Source: Pristiophorus japonicus (lineage: Eukaryota). Taken from it: a stretch of DNA of 64,000 bases. The DNA lies in contig NC_091999.1 in NCBI RefSeq assembly GCF_044704955.1, positions 50,282,001-50,346,000 of the forward strand. Direction: 5' to 3'. Below the pieces are notes generated by a model. That model ran no database searches and was not told where the DNA came from. It saw only the letters and a list, made by a program, of their open reading frames with translations. The position numbers were made by a program, and so were the translations under genes. This document shows, one piece after another, positions 24,110 to 36,739 of this stretch (positions within the stretch are counted from its first letter, which is position 1; every line of letters starts with the position of its first letter).

Positions 24110-25030
24110 CCCCAGGGTCTAGTGCAGTAATAACCGAGACACGTCCAAGTGTAACATCGACAGAGAGAGGATATAGTGTAATATCTACAATGACAGGGAC
24201 CAGTGTAAAATAAAAAGACACAGCGTCTAGTGTAATATAAACAGAGACAGGGTCTTGTGTAATATAAACATAGACAGTGTCTAGTGTAATATAGAAAATA
24301 AAGGGTATCGTGTAATATAAACAGAGACAATGTCGAGTGAAATATAAAAAATACATGGTCTAGTTTAATATAAACAGAGACAGTGTCTAATGTAATATAA
24401 ACAGAGACAGTGTCTAGTGTAATGTAAAAAATACAGTGTCTAGTATAATATAAACAGAGACATGGTCTTGTGTAATATAAATAGAGACAGGGTCGAGTGT
24501 AATATAAATAGAGACAGGGTCTAGTGTAATATAACCAGAGACAGGACCAATCTATTATAAAGAGACAGGGGATAGTATAATATAAATAGTGACAGGGTCC
24601 AACATAATATAACAAAGGATAAAGTGCACTAATACTAACTAATACATGAACTATTGTAGTAGAAACATTGACATTTTCTAGTGCAATATAAACTGAGACA
24701 TGTCGAGTGTAATATAAAGCGAGACAGGAACGAGTGAAATATTGACAGAAACATGGTGTACGGTCATATAAACAGAGACTGCGTCTAGTTCAGTAGTAAC
24801 TGAGAATGGGTCTAATGTATTATAACGGAGGGTCCAGTACTGTGATAACTGATACAGAGCCGACCATAATATAAACAGAGACAGGGTCTAGTGCAGTGTA
24901 ACTGAGACAGTATCCACAGTAATAAAATTGATCCCGAGACTAGTGCAGTAATAACTGAGACAGGGCCTTGTGCAATCCGAAAAGAGATATGATCGAGTGT
25001 AGTTATAATTAAACAGGGTCCAGAGTAATT
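24110..25030 (+). repeat. 27-bp minisatellite array, forward orientation, diverged
   Basis: (TGTAATATAAACAGAGACAGGGTCTAG)n. Confidence 0.9.
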
Positions 25031-25189
25031 TAAACATATAGAGTGCCTGGAATAATTTGATGGTAACATTCCAGCCATGCGAATCTTCATGTCTGTCTGA
25101 CTGCCTATCTGTCTGTCGTTCGGTCGGTCGGTCCATTCGTCTGTCCGTCCGTCCGTCGATTCGTACTTCTATCCATCTATCTGTACTTC

Positions 25190-26790
25190 TATCTAATATT
25201 ACACTAAAACCTGTCTCTCTTAAGACCCTGTTCCTGTTAATATTACACGAGACCCTGTCTCTGTTTATATTACCCGTGTCCCTGTCTCTGTTTATATTGT
25301 ACTAGACCCTGTCTCTGTTTATATTACACTAGACTCTGTCCCAGTTTTTATTATACTGGACACTGTCTCTGTTTATATTAGTGAAGACTCTGTCCCTGTT
25401 TATATTATAATGGATCCTGTCGGTGTTTATATTATACTGGACCCTGTCCCAGTTTATATTGCACTAGACCCTGTTTCTGTGTATATTAAGTAGACTCTGT
25501 CTCTGTTTTTATTACACTGGACCCTGTCCCTGTTTATCTTACACTAGACCCCGTCCCAGTTTATATTACACTAGACCCTGTCTCTGTTTATATTGTACTA
25601 GACCCTGTCTCTGTTTATATTACACTAGACCCTGCCTCTGTTTACATTACACTAGACCCTCTTCCAGTTCATATTATACTGGACCCTGTCCCTGTTTATA
25701 TTAAACTAGATCCTGTCTCTGTTTATTTTACACTAGACCCTGTCTCTGTTCATATTACACTAGACCCTGTGTCCGTTTATATTAAACACGACCCTGTGTC
25801 TGTTTATATTACACTAGACCCTGTCTCTGTCTATATTCTTCTTAACACTATCCCTGTTTATATTGGACACGACCCTGTCTCTGTTTATATTAAACTCGAC
25901 CCTGTCTCTGTTTTTATTACACTAGACCCTGTCTCTGTTTATATTACACCAGACACTGCCTCTGTTTATATTCGTTCTGACACTATCCCTGTTTATATTA
26001 CACTAGACCCTGTCTCTGTTTGTATTACACTAGACCCTGTCCCTGTTTATATTACACTGGACCCTGTCTTTGTTTATATTCTTCCAGACACTATCCCTGT
26101 TTATTTTGGACTCGACCCTGTCTCTGTTTGTATTACACTAGACCCTGTCTCTGTTTATATTACACTAGACCATGTCTCTGTTTATATTACACCAGACACT
26201 GCCTCTGTTTATATTCTTTCTGACACTATCCCTGTTTATATTACACTAGACCCTGTCTCTGTTTGTATTACCCTAGACCCTGTCACTGTTTATATTACAC
26301 TAGACCCTGTCTCTGTTTTTATTCTTCCAGACACTATCCATGTTTATATTACACTAGACCCTGTCTCTGTTTATAATACACTAGACCCTGTCTCTGTTTA
26401 TATTAAACTAGACCCTGTCTCTGTTTATATTACACTAGACCATGTCTCTGTTTATATTCTTTCTGACACTATCCCTGTTTATATTACACTAGACCCTGTC
26501 TCTGTTTGTATTACACTAGACCCTGTCTCTGTTTATATTACACTAGACCATGTCTCTGTTTATATTACACCAGACACTATCTTTGTTTATATTCTTTCTG
26601 ACACTATCCCTGTTTATATTACACTAGACCCTGTCTTTTTTTGTATTACACTAGACCCTGTCTCTGTTTATATGCCAGTAGACACTGTCTCAGTTTATAT
26701 CACACGAGACCCTGTCTCTTTTTATAATACGCCAGGCATTGTCACTGTTTATATTATCCTCGACACTGTCTCTCTTTGTATTACCCAGAT
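25190..26790 (-). repeat. 27-bp minisatellite array, inverted orientation, more homogeneous
   Basis: (CTAGACCCTGTCTCTGTTTATATTACA)n; its 9-codon period produces the 353-aa DPVSVYITL ORF. Confidence 0.95.
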
Positions 26791-27589
26791 CATCTTTCCT
26801 TTTCAAATATATATTGATTTCCCTATTTGAAAGTTATAATTACATTTGCTGCCATCACCCTTTCAGACACTGCATTCCAGGTTATTACAACTCGCTGCAT
26901 ATAAAATCTCCTTATCTCCCGTCTGGATTTATTTTTTCATTCATCTTAATCTTTGTGTTCTGGTTACCGATAGACCTGCCGATAGAATCCCCACCTTACT
27001 ATTAACTCAATGAAACCCCTTCACAATTTTGAAAACATCTGTTAATTCTCCCCTAAGCATACCCTGCGAAAATAAGAATAAACCCATCCTCTCTCGTCTC
27101 CACAAAACTGAACTCCCTCATGCCTTGCACCAATCTCCTCTGCATCCTCGACAAGAGCCCGACAATCTTCTTAAAATGTGGATTGTATAAAATGCAATCT
27201 TTATTTGCCCTTCAGATTATTTCTAAGGATACATGCTCCCTTCCAATTTGACTGTCTGAGAAGCATTAATTATATTGTTTTACTTGTTTTGACAAAACGG
27301 ACGGTGACTGAAATGCTCAGCAACATCTGTCTCCACATGACTCATGTATCAATATGATCACTGTCGCCACCTGCTGATAAACGACATCTACTGCAAGCTC
27401 CAGAGCTCACTTTCAACATGATTCATAACACCCACTACAATAACTTGCTTGAACGTTTACCCAGAGGATTTTTTTTAGAACAAACCACAAGAGGTGTAGA
27501 TGATCAGGAAGTATCAAGGGCGGAATTAGCAAAATTATTGTTGCAAATTCACCTTCAGCTCATCACACGGATCGTCAGATTAGATAAAC

Positions 27590-28530
27590 ATCCATAATGA
27601 ATAAAAACCTCAAAGGAAAAATGCTGCAACCGTGGCTAACAAGGGAAGTTAAAGATAGTATTAGATGAAATTAACAGCCATGGAATGTTGACAAAAAGAG
27701 TAATAAGCCCAAAAATTGGGAAGATTTTGGAATTCTGCAAAAGATGCACATGCAACTGATAATATGGGAGAAAATATAAAATTAAATAAGCTATCAATAA
27801 TCTACAAACAGATTGTTCGAGCTTCTACACGTGTATAGAAAGATGACTTAAATTAGCGTACTTTACAATACAAAGGTAGGTGGGACAGTAAACAGTGAGG
27901 AAGTAGTAAGGAGGCTGCAAAGGGATATTGACAGGTGAAGTGAGTGGGCATGAACATGGCAGATTGAGTATAATGTGGAGAAGTGTGAAGTTACGCACTT
28001 TGGTAGGACACATAGAGACGCATAATAATTTTTGAATGCTGAGAAACTGGGTAATGTTGTTATTCAGAAAGACCTGGATGGCCTTGTACACGAATCACAG
28101 AAAGCTAACATGGAGCCAAAGTGAGCAATTAGGAAAGCAAATGGTAAGCAACATTTTATTGCAAAGGGATTGGAGTATTAGAAAAAAGAAGCCTTCATGC
28201 ACTTATATAGGGCTCTGCTGAGAATACACCTGGTGTATCGTGCACAGTTTTCTTCTCCTTATCTAAGGAAGGATACACTTGCCTTGGAGGGAGTGCATCT
28301 AAGGTTCATCAGACTGATCTGATTCCTGGGACGGCGGCGGGGCGGGGGGATGTTCTATCAGGAGAGATTGAGTATCTAATGTCCATATTTCCTTGGAAAT
28401 CACAACATAAGAACATAGGAATTGGGAGCAGGAGTAGGCCATATGGTTCAGCGAGCCTGTTCCGTCATTCAACGGGATCATGGCTGCTCTTCTACCTCAA
28501 CTCCCCTTCCCTGCACTATCCACATATCTG
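27590..28530 (+). mobile_element. Old CR1 ORF2 fragments, followed by a CR1 tail on the minus strand (about 28405-28530)
   Basis: Decayed PWLTREVKDSI..., YNVEKCEVTHFG..., CAQFSSPYLRKDTLALEGV; then ACATAAGAACATAGGAATTGGGAGCAGGAGTAGGCC. Confidence 0.7.
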
Positions 28531-29029
28531 AATGGAAACATATGCAGGGCTTCAGGGAAATGGCGGGGGATTGGTCAATTATACAAAGTACGACAAGTGT
28601 GGTCTAACCAAGTTTAGCATAACTATTGCACTTTTCAATTCTATCCCTCTAGAAATAAACCCGAGTGTAGGTGTTCTTCTTTTTATAGCATTATTAACCT
28701 GCGTCGCTACCTTTAGTGATGTGCGTAATTGCATTCTCAGAGACCTGTGTTCCTCCATCCCGCATAGATTCTTATTTTAAACGTGATAAGTGACCTCCTT
28801 ATTTTTCTTACCAAACTGTAATAGCTCATACTTGTCTGTGCTGAAATGAATTAGTCAATTCATGTATTCTTTTAAATAGTTGCAGTGTTCCACAGTATTT
28901 ACACGCCGACCCGCCCGCCCCAAGTGCATTTGTAAAATTTAGAAATTGTGTGTTTGACTCCAAAATCTAAATTGTTAATATAAGTTGTGAACAATAGTGC
29001 ACCCATCACTGATCTTTGTGGGATCCCAC

Positions 29030-29242
29030 NNNNNNNNNNNNNNNNNNNNNNNNNNNNNNNNNNNNNNNNNNNNNNNNNNNNNNNNNNNNNNNNNNNNNNN
29101 NNNNNNNNNNNNNNNNNNNNNNNNNNNNNNNNNNNNNNNNNNNNNNNNNNNNNNNNNNNNNNNNNNNNNNNNNNNNNNNNNNNNNNNNNNNNNNNNNNNN
29201 NNNNNNNNNNNNNNNNNNNNNNNNNNNNNNNNNNNNNNNNNN
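29030..29242. other. Assembly gap (N run)
   Basis: Run of N. Confidence 1.
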
Positions 29243-30778
29243 ACTGATACTCCAGCTGACTGCTGCTACTGACATGGTGTCTGAGACTTTGGATATATTT
29301 CCTTTCCTGCAATATGTGAACAGTTACACACATTTACACAACGAAAAAATTTAACTTAACACCAGTTCTGTTATTGGGTAGATGTGTATATAAATAGTTC
29401 TTTTGACAATGTGAATGTTTTGAAGTTGGCTTCCAGGCATGCGGTCAGTAGTGAGAAAACTGACCTTTGATGGACTGCACAGAACCCCAGATGCTTCCTG
29501 AAAATGACACTGGTGTTCGAGGCTCGCTGACGGCAGTCGGTTGGGTTACTGCCAAATATTGTGCGGGTCAGATTAGCGTGAACAAGAATGAGAGAAAGAT
29601 GGTATTTAACTATTTAAATATTACATTATTCAGTCGAACTTTTAAAATAAGTAACATTTTACATAGTATAACATCTCAAGAATGATTTTACGTAAATTGC
29701 ATGCTCACAATATTACAAAACAGGATCGGAAAATAATGAATTGATCCACACGGTACCTAATGAAAACTATTTCCAAATAAAGACCATTCTAAATCTTTCA
29801 GTCGATTTATTCAGTACAGCATGAAATGCTGGAGAGAGGTTTAATGTCCTCACCCCACACTGTAATGAGATGAGTGGGATTCGGAAATTAACTAAAACAG
29901 GTTGAATTGCCTTGAATTATTCTCACAGAGAAGTGCCAGCTGCACTTCTTTAATATTCTCACAGAATTTTGCGCCTGGTCTAAACTAATGTCTCCATTAT
30001 TCGTGATTAGTAGCCGCGCAGTGTGCAGTGTAATTTGAAATGATTTGGATCCCTGAACAAGCCCTGTCATAGCCCGGCTACCAGTGGGTGGTGAAAGGCC
30101 CCAGATTGTGATCTGTTTCGGCTGGAGATGAAGCATTTATTCCTGTGATATTCTGCAACATATCACTATGTCCTGATACACCGTGTTCCTGTTACCCGTG
30201 TCTGTTACACATTCGGTCGCTATTGAAGTTAGCTGCAAGGCTTTGGATGTCGAGGTTTGCTGATCACATTATCGATTCTGATTCACCAGCTTCTCTCATA
30301 AAACGCTGGTCTGAAGCGGGCGGGCCCCACTTTCTTATGTGTCTTCGTCAACTCACTCCTTAATCATCAGACAAGCGGACATATTTTACAGCTAAATTTA
30401 CAAACGGCTGTCTTAGAGTCACAGACTCAGGGGCAGTTAGTGAAATGCAGTGAGAGACAATTTTATAATGTGAGGAGTATGATCTCATCTCCAGAACAAA
30501 AGTGTAGCTTCAGCCAAGTACACTGTAAATAGAATCACATTAGCCATCTACCGCACTCGGTTACATAGATTGATATCAATTCAGATTATAGGGGATACTT
30601 TATTGGTGCAGTTGCATGGATAGATAGCGGTCGATGTAAAAGCACAAACTGGCCGTGTCTTTAGATCCTGATTATGTAATTCAATCTCAAAGATTTACAT
30701 CCCCTGTGAAAGAGTGAGGAATAAAGAGATTTAATTTACAGTCCAGATGTGAGTCTATTCTGTTGGTGATGTGGAAGG

Positions 30779-30860
30779 AGTGACGTGGATCCAGAAACCG
30801 CTTCCATCAGGGAATCAATGGGTGGCGCCTTTAACCTCGCCCCCATCACCCGGGTATTTA
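30779..30860 (+). promoter_or_regulatory. VH promoter: CRE-like decamer and TATA-like element
   Basis: AGTGACGTGG at 30779-30788 and GTATTTA at about 30854, roughly 170 and 95 nt upstream of the ATG. No ATGCAAAT octamer seen, as expected for shark IgH promoters. Confidence 0.5.
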
Positions 30861-30947
30861 GCTGCCGGCCACTGGGAGCGCAATACAACAGTCTGGGAGT
30901 GGGTTTGCTCAGTGAGTTCTTGCCGGAACCAGTCACCACACATTGCC

Positions 30948-30999
30948 ATGAGGATGAGGTCGGCGATTGCTTTCGTTCTGTTGCTGGCTTTACTTTCCC
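30948..30999 (+). pseudogene. IGHV: IgM VH leader exon
   Basis: MRMRSAIAFVLLLALLS plus 1 nt, then a GTGAG donor at 31000. The intron ends TTTTTACAG at 31127. Confidence 0.9.
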
Positions 31000-31127
31000 G
31001 TGAGTAGATTTTATTGTCCAATTTTCTCATTGTTACTGTCTCAGTGAAAGTCTCTCTCTGGAATTTTACAGAGTCAGGAATCATTTTTCGAGGATTGATC
31101 CTCGGGGTATTTTGATTATTTTTACAG

Positions 31128-31447
31128 GTGTCCAGTCGGATGTGGTGTTGACTCAGCCCGAGGCGAAGACCAGGATTTCCTGAGGCTTCCTGAGACTGAC
31201 CTGTAAACCAGCGGGTTCGATCTTAGCGGATATGGGATGAACTGGGTCCGCCAGGTTCCCGCACAGGAGCTGGAGTGGCTGGTTTACTATTACACTCCAT
31301 CGAACAAGAATAACGTCCCAGGGATTGAGAGCCGAGTTACTGTATCCAAAGACACTTCAAACAATATCTTCACGTTGGACATGAAGAACATGAGGAGCGA
31401 AGACACCGCCATCTATTACTGTGCAAGGAAGGACTACGGGAGTGGGT
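31128..31447 (+). pseudogene. IGHV: Shark IgM VH exon fused to a D segment (VD), pseudogene
   Basis: [25 protein letters not shown] (TGA at 31181-31183), then a 1-nt deletion, then [28 protein letters not shown]...[28 protein letters not shown] followed directly by AAGGACTACGGGAGTGGGT. Confidence 0.95.
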
Positions 31448-31485
31448 CACGGTGAAATACAGAGCGAGCTCTCCATACAAAAACC
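31448..31485 (+). promoter_or_regulatory. Recombination signal sequence, 22-nt spacer
   Basis: CACGGTG (31448-31454), 22 nt, ACAAAAACC (31477-31485; perfect nonamer). Confidence 0.95.
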
Positions 31486-31802
31486 CCAGACAGTGAGTTT
31501 GCTCAAACCTGCGACCATTACCACGCCAGGAGCGTCGAAGGAACTGAGGCTTAAATAAAAATAATTAGAAATAAGTTATATATATATATATATTTAAATG
31601 TATAACAGTTTTCTTCTTTATTACTATTGACTGCCATGTTGAACATGCACAGATGCTTCAGAAGTATTCCAATCATTTTTGTAAATATAATGAACGGTAA
31701 AAAATGAAATATCTCGCTGATTCACTCTTACGAGAGTCGGAATCGGGTTTTTAGAGCTGTGTGGAATTTAATCTCTGTATTTTACAGTTAACAGTCCGCC
31801 GG

Positions 31803-31830
31803 AGTATTTGACACAACGTGTCTCACTGTG
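31803..31830 (-). promoter_or_regulatory. Recombination signal sequence, 12-nt spacer, in front of (D)J
   Basis: AGTATTTGA (6/9 match to GGTTTTTGT), 12 nt, CACTGTG (31824-31830). No nonamer-like sequence at 22/23 spacing. Confidence 0.75.
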
Positions 31831-31880
31831 TTACGCAATGGGCTACTGGGGACAAGGGACCATGGTGACGGTGACTGCAG
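31831..31880 (+). other. IGHJ: JH segment (possibly a germline-joined D2-J)
   Basis: T TAC GCA ATG GGC TAC TGG GGA CAA GGG ACC ATG GTG ACG GTG ACT GCA G = YAMGYWGQGTMVTVTA, then a GTAAG donor at 31881. Confidence 0.95.
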
Positions 31881-34800
31881 GTAAGGAGCATTCACTGATT
31901 CAGTAACACTTGTATTTGTGTCTTTATTTTATATTTCTGTTTATTTTAATAATTACTTTGTTCACTGAAACTTGGGTTCGGTGGATTTTGTTTTGAGATT
32001 TTTTGCACTTATCAATGTGATTCTGCTGCAAAGTGATTATAGAATTCAACTGTTTCTCCACAGAAAATGTTGTTGATGTGATTTGGTATTTATTTGCTGA
32101 CGAGACTGTGTGTCGAGGTTACTTTAAATACCTTATGATTATTACACTGTTTGACGTTTCTGCAATGTTTAATCTTGGTGACCTCTGATTGCTGCAGTTT
32201 TTCTGATCGAATGCAAACATTGTGTTTGAATGTGTTTAAAAGAACATTGTAGGCACAAAGCAGAAAGCTTAGTGATCAGTAAATAACCTTAAGGAATTTT
32301 AAGTTTTTTCATGAAAATTACATTGTCATCTCCTGACCGAATGTTCCCGAATGATCAGATTCAATACGTGAGCTGTAATTAAGAACTGAAAAATTAACAT
32401 ACTTCCAGCTGGAACACATTTAAATTAACATTATTATAACGTAGTAATATCACCAATTATTATTTAAATATGCTATAATATCAAAATTAATGTATTTAAC
32501 ATGATCCATCTAATCACAATTCTCTGTCAGTATTTTATATTTCTGTTGAATTCAATCATTAGTTATTTCAGTGTGAGGCGGGTTCGGTGATTGTATAATG
32601 AGATTTTTTTGCAATGATATATTTGATTCTGCTGAAAGGGTTTATAGAATTACGGATCTGCTCCATGAAAGGTTCTGTCGAGGGATTCCGCCCCTCAGCG
32701 ATGTGATTTAGTGTTGATCTTCTGAGGAGAGTTCGTGCCTGTGTTACTCAGAATACCTAGAATTTGTGAAGCTGTTTGGCGTTTCTACAATGTTTAATAT
32801 CGGTGACAGCAGCAGGTTTCTGATCGAATCCAAACACGATCTGTATTTTGAAACTGTTTGAAAACAGTCGGTAGGCAAAGAACAGGACGGGTTTAGACAT
32901 CAGAAATCATTGAAAGGTATTTTAAAATCACAATTATTGAAGTGATAATTATATATTCAACTATTAATCTATGTTGACGATGCTGGTATTTTAATATGTG
33001 AAATGTAACTAGTTGCCATCTACATAATTAACTTATTCTGGTTGTAGTTGAATTAAATTACAATTAACCAACCGATTATAATGCAATAATATCTCCGAAT
33101 GTTATTAAAATATGCTATAAGTCCAATGTTCATTTACTTAATATTATTCACCTTCAAAAATCCTGCTCTACACTGGGCACCATTAAGAGAAGCAGAAACT
33201 TTTAGAGGCTGGATACAGTTGTTAATTATGGCTGCAATTATTTCATTAACAACATACTGATTCCACCGCTGTGTTCAGTTTGAGTCGGGAGTTCAATTAC
33301 TTGCTACCTCCTGTTTACACAGATGAATGACTGAGTGCAATTAATTATAACTTAAAGCTGTGTTGCAAATTGCATTTCGTCAATTTAATATATCTGCCGG
33401 GGTGTGACATTCTCACTGTGTTGCCGAAATTTGTTATTGAATCAATATTGTGTGTTGTTTGATAAAATTATCACTAAGTTAATCTTGAACACTTTGCAAG
33501 AACAAAAGCTGAGAGAGAGGCATCGCTGGCAGTCAAAGAATTGTTTATGTAATTATATTGAAATTCAAGGCAGGTTCCGACTGCGTATGGCTGGAGAAAG
33601 CAAATAATCCATTGAAATTCAAGCAGATTAATTTACTTTCAAAAGGTTCATCTGATTTTGAATTTGAAACAAAATCCTATCTCCCAAAACGCTGCTGTAT
33701 GCGGAATAGAACGGTAGACAAAGCACAAATCATATCTGAGTGCTATGTTTAATTCTTATTAATATTAAATTGATGAACAAAGTCTCTCCTCCATTTGCTC
33801 ATTCAGTTTCAGTGCCCCAGATGGTCTGAACGAATTGTTATCCTCTAGTTTTACACTGACCATTCTGGAAACTATTTTCAAGAAGTAGCAGAATATATTT
33901 AATCATCAACTTACGGGCATTTTGTGAATAACTGGTGTGTTCACCCATGAACTCATTGAATGGTGGTGCAGGCGCGAAGGGCCGAATGGCCTACTCCTGC
34001 AGCTATTTTATTGTTTCGATGAACTTTAAAAGATTGTCTGTGTTATTAAGTAGCGGAGGCTCTGCTACTGACTGCAAACTGCAAGGATATATTTTAATTA
34101 ATAAAAACGTTTTTGGGGATTAAGGTTGAGGAGAATATTTCAGCTCGAGATTCCAGCATTAGTAAACAAGCGGTTTACAGCCCATCGGAGTTGTGACCCC
34201 GGCTGGACAGAGAACTATTTAAATTAGTCCACACCCAAATCCATCATGTGAAATGTTCTTTGCAAATAGACGCAGATTATGCGATATTAGAAACATGCAG
34301 AGTTTAAAAAAGTGTCGGTCGAGAGCGGGACAATAGTAGAAATGCGTGATTATTGTCAATTATTCAAATTTGATTCCATTTAAGTAAAAATAAGGTATAT
34401 TTCTGAGTAGTTATGTATTAATATGCTGCTTAATATTGTAATATTGATTAATTGTTATGGTAAGTTAAGTAAACCATAATATATCACAAGTTATCAGGCA
34501 GAAAAGGTTTTAAAATTATTAATAATTACTTGTATTTGTATGGCTGAAATTCAAGCACATTAATTTAATTTCAAAAGTTCCAGGTAGGTATGCTTCTGAG
34601 GAGGAAGGGCCAGACTGGCACTCAGATTATTTTCAATATTCAGCTAACATGAACATTAAATTAGAATGTAACATCAGTGCTAATTCATTAAAACGTAAGC
34701 GAGCCATTACAATTGTGTTGCATACTGGTCAGTATTACAATTATTGCAACGTTTCAAGGGTTGGAGATAATGTTTAATTCATTCATAAATTAATTTAGAA

Positions 34801-36739
34801 AACAATGCATTGATAACTCGGCTGTGCTGAGTTCGACAAGGTGTCGCTGCAAATTTTAGTGAATTAATTTCCTGTTTTGCCGCGATGATATTACAGGTTA
34901 TATTTACTGATGAAAACATATAAAATCAGTGGGTGATTAGGTATCACTGTATATGTCTCCTGGATTGCGACATTCTTACTCTGTCACCGAGACCCGTGTG
35001 ACGGGCAGCAAATTCCCGTGGAATGTGAATTAGTTCCAGATACTTGCTTTCAGGGAAGTTAATCTTTACACGGTTTACAAGATAGTTGACAGAGATGGGG
35101 AAATGGCTGGATGTTGAAGAGTCTCTCAAATTAATATCACATTAATTTCAAAGAATCTGCTGCGTTGAGGTGGTTGGAAATTGACAAGAAATAAACTAGA
35201 AATCAAACAGCTTCATTGAAATTAACAGATTGAACTGGTCTCTCTCTGCCTGGAGCACCCTTGTTGCACCGTTTGTGTCTGTTCTGTTTCTGTGCGCCTG
35301 CTCACTGTGTGAGAATCAGGAGTCCTCCTGACGGGTTGTAAACCTTCGGGGTTGTGATCCTTTATTGCGGGCAGTGTCATTTAATTCAGTTATTTAAGAA
35401 ACTGGTATATGTGAGAAACGTGAAAGATTGACTTTAAGCTTGAGGAGTCGCCGTAGAAATGAGATCAGTAACCCAGATTGTGACAGTCAGAAGGAGCAGT
35501 TCCGAAACACCACGGGGAGACAGTCGAAGGAGCTTTAATCAGTTTTTAACCCGGTTGTACCTGCTCTGACAGTGTTTGATAGGACAGCTTTACTCTGCAA
35601 CTAACCCGTGCGTTATCTTATCTGGCAGTGCTTGATGGGACATTGCAGAGATAGCTTTAATCAGTATTTAACCTTTTCATTACAAGGACGTGGAACTTAA
35701 TTGCGTCCTTCAATATAGAATGATCTTCTATTTAATCAGAGCTTTGGAGGGGTGGTGCGCTTTAATGGGACAGTGTATTGGAAGCTTTTCTTTGTACTCG
35801 TCATAATTGTGCTTAATTAATCGGTCAATTTGATAACGCATTTTATGGGGAGACATTTCGTAGCACATCTCTGCAGTACTTGAGCTGGGAATGTTTGACG
35901 GGATAGTACATATAACATATTACTCTTTGTGCAACACTTGCTATACCTGTCCTGACCACACGGCAGCATAGCGGGAGCTTTGCTCTCTTATCCGTGCTGT
36001 ATCTGACCTGAGAGTGCTTGGTCAGGCAGTGTTCTAGTCACCGTTATCTGCGACTAACAGATAGCAGATAAACTGCTCGTGCCAGATATATACAATAATT
36101 CGTCCCATTGCCCAGATTAAAAAGCGCACATTCTTTGATGTTTATATTCTTGCTGAAAAAATGCCCAATTTTTAATGAGTTATTAATGTTTGAACATTTT
36201 GAGTATCAGATTACTAATGAACATGATTGGCCTGATCCTCAGCTCACTTTCAGAACAAACAGTTTGAGGATGTGAATAACGCTCCAGAAAGCAGCGCCTG
36301 GTCTGATCTGATGGGAGGTTACAAGTTATTTCCACAATTAAAATAGAGAATATCGAGACTCCCACTTCAAATAACCGTCATGGGGACCTCATGTTTAGAA
36401 AAATTATGTTGTCCAATTCTTCCTGAGAAGGTTAAAGGCAGGGACAAACTGTGACGAGATGCAGCTATTGGCCTGGGTCACAACACAAGGCACACAGTCG
36501 CTGGGCTGCAATTCTGTGAAACATTTAAAGAGAGAGAGTCAACCTGCAATACGTCATCATTCGCAATGAATTTAAGCCTTTCTAACAGCATGCGATTGAC
36601 TAATTTGCGTCAGATTCATAAGATCCCTTTATTTTAAATATCCTCTTTCATTATAACGAATAATAAAAATAGATCTGGTAGAGGTATCGAAAATATGAAG
36701 TGTTTCCTTCCATGAAATCTAGAAGAACTATTCCCACTG

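Noticed and set aside
16035-26790. CRISPR-like arrays
   Set aside because: Vertebrate DNA; the repeats are head-to-tail with no unique spacers and there are no cas genes.
25769-26830. 353-aa ORF of DPVSVYITL repeats as a protein-coding gene
   Set aside because: It arises from a 27-bp stop-free minisatellite; non-ATG start, no splice or domain evidence.
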